In this document: positions 13,130 to 13,202 of the stretch, piece after piece
Layout: each line of letters begins with the position of its first letter
How positions within the stretch are numbered: position 1 is the first letter of the stretch
DNA from: a virus
Length of the DNA stretch: 13,202 bases
Strand: one strand, 5' to 3'
IMG/VR virus record: IMGVR_UViG_3300045988_115487
Location: 1 to 13,202 of that record
Notes under the pieces: generated by a model
Told to the model about the DNA's origin: nothing
What the model saw: the letters and a program-made list of their open reading frames with translations, nothing else
Databases searched by the model: none
Position numbers and translations under genes: made by a program

Positions 13130-13202
13130 CGTGTCCGTCATAGACATACACATGTGTCCGTGTGGGGAAGAAATTTGTCCGTCCACCACGGACTTGAGTA
13201 TT
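13130..13202. repeat. Right inverted terminal repeat (73 bp)
   Basis: Exact reverse complement of 1-73, ending exactly at the last base of the window. Confidence 0.97.

Noticed and set aside
1-13202. tRNA genes, CRISPR arrays, integrase/repressor lysogeny module, transposase or IS elements
   Set aside because: No cloverleaf-like segments, no spaced direct repeats, and no ORF with integrase, recombinase or transposase motifs were seen. The ITRs are explained by protein-primed replication rather than by a transposon. The phage is probably strictly lytic, but absence of evidence from manual inspection is not proof.

Overview
The window appears to be a complete linear dsDNA phage genome of 13,202 bp. 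Perfect 73-bp inverted terminal repeats sit exactly at both window ends. All 17 credible genes are on the minus strand, running from a consensus sigma-A-type promoter near the right end to one intrinsic terminator that abuts the left ITR. The gene content is that of a miniature phi29-like, protein-primed podophage. AGGAGG-type RBSs, a BhlA/UviB-type holin and AT-rich DNA point to a low-GC Gram-positive host. In order of transcription: (1) four small early genes, including a tandem ribbon-helix-helix protein and a membrane protein with a polybasic tail; (2) a candidate terminal protein overlapping a family-B DNA polymerase (FDIETT, SSYPD, KxxxNALYG, YCDTDS motifs); (3) p6-like and p5-like DNA-binding proteins; (4) a gp16-like packaging ATPase; (5) a holin and a stand-alone SH3b protein; (6) scaffold, gp8-like capsid, gp9-like tail knob, gp13-like lysozyme, gp10-like connector and a putative lower collar; (7) an SGNH-esterase tail appendage. 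Points worth following up are the very small unidirectional genome, the phased ACGGAC repeats in the ITR, and three promoters built to one template. Others are two structured noncoding RNA regions (pRNA-like or 5' stabilisers), the absence of a conventional endolysin or recognisable terminal protein, and the esterase-type receptor-binding protein. All homology statements rest on motif recognition from memory. No searches or folding programs were run.
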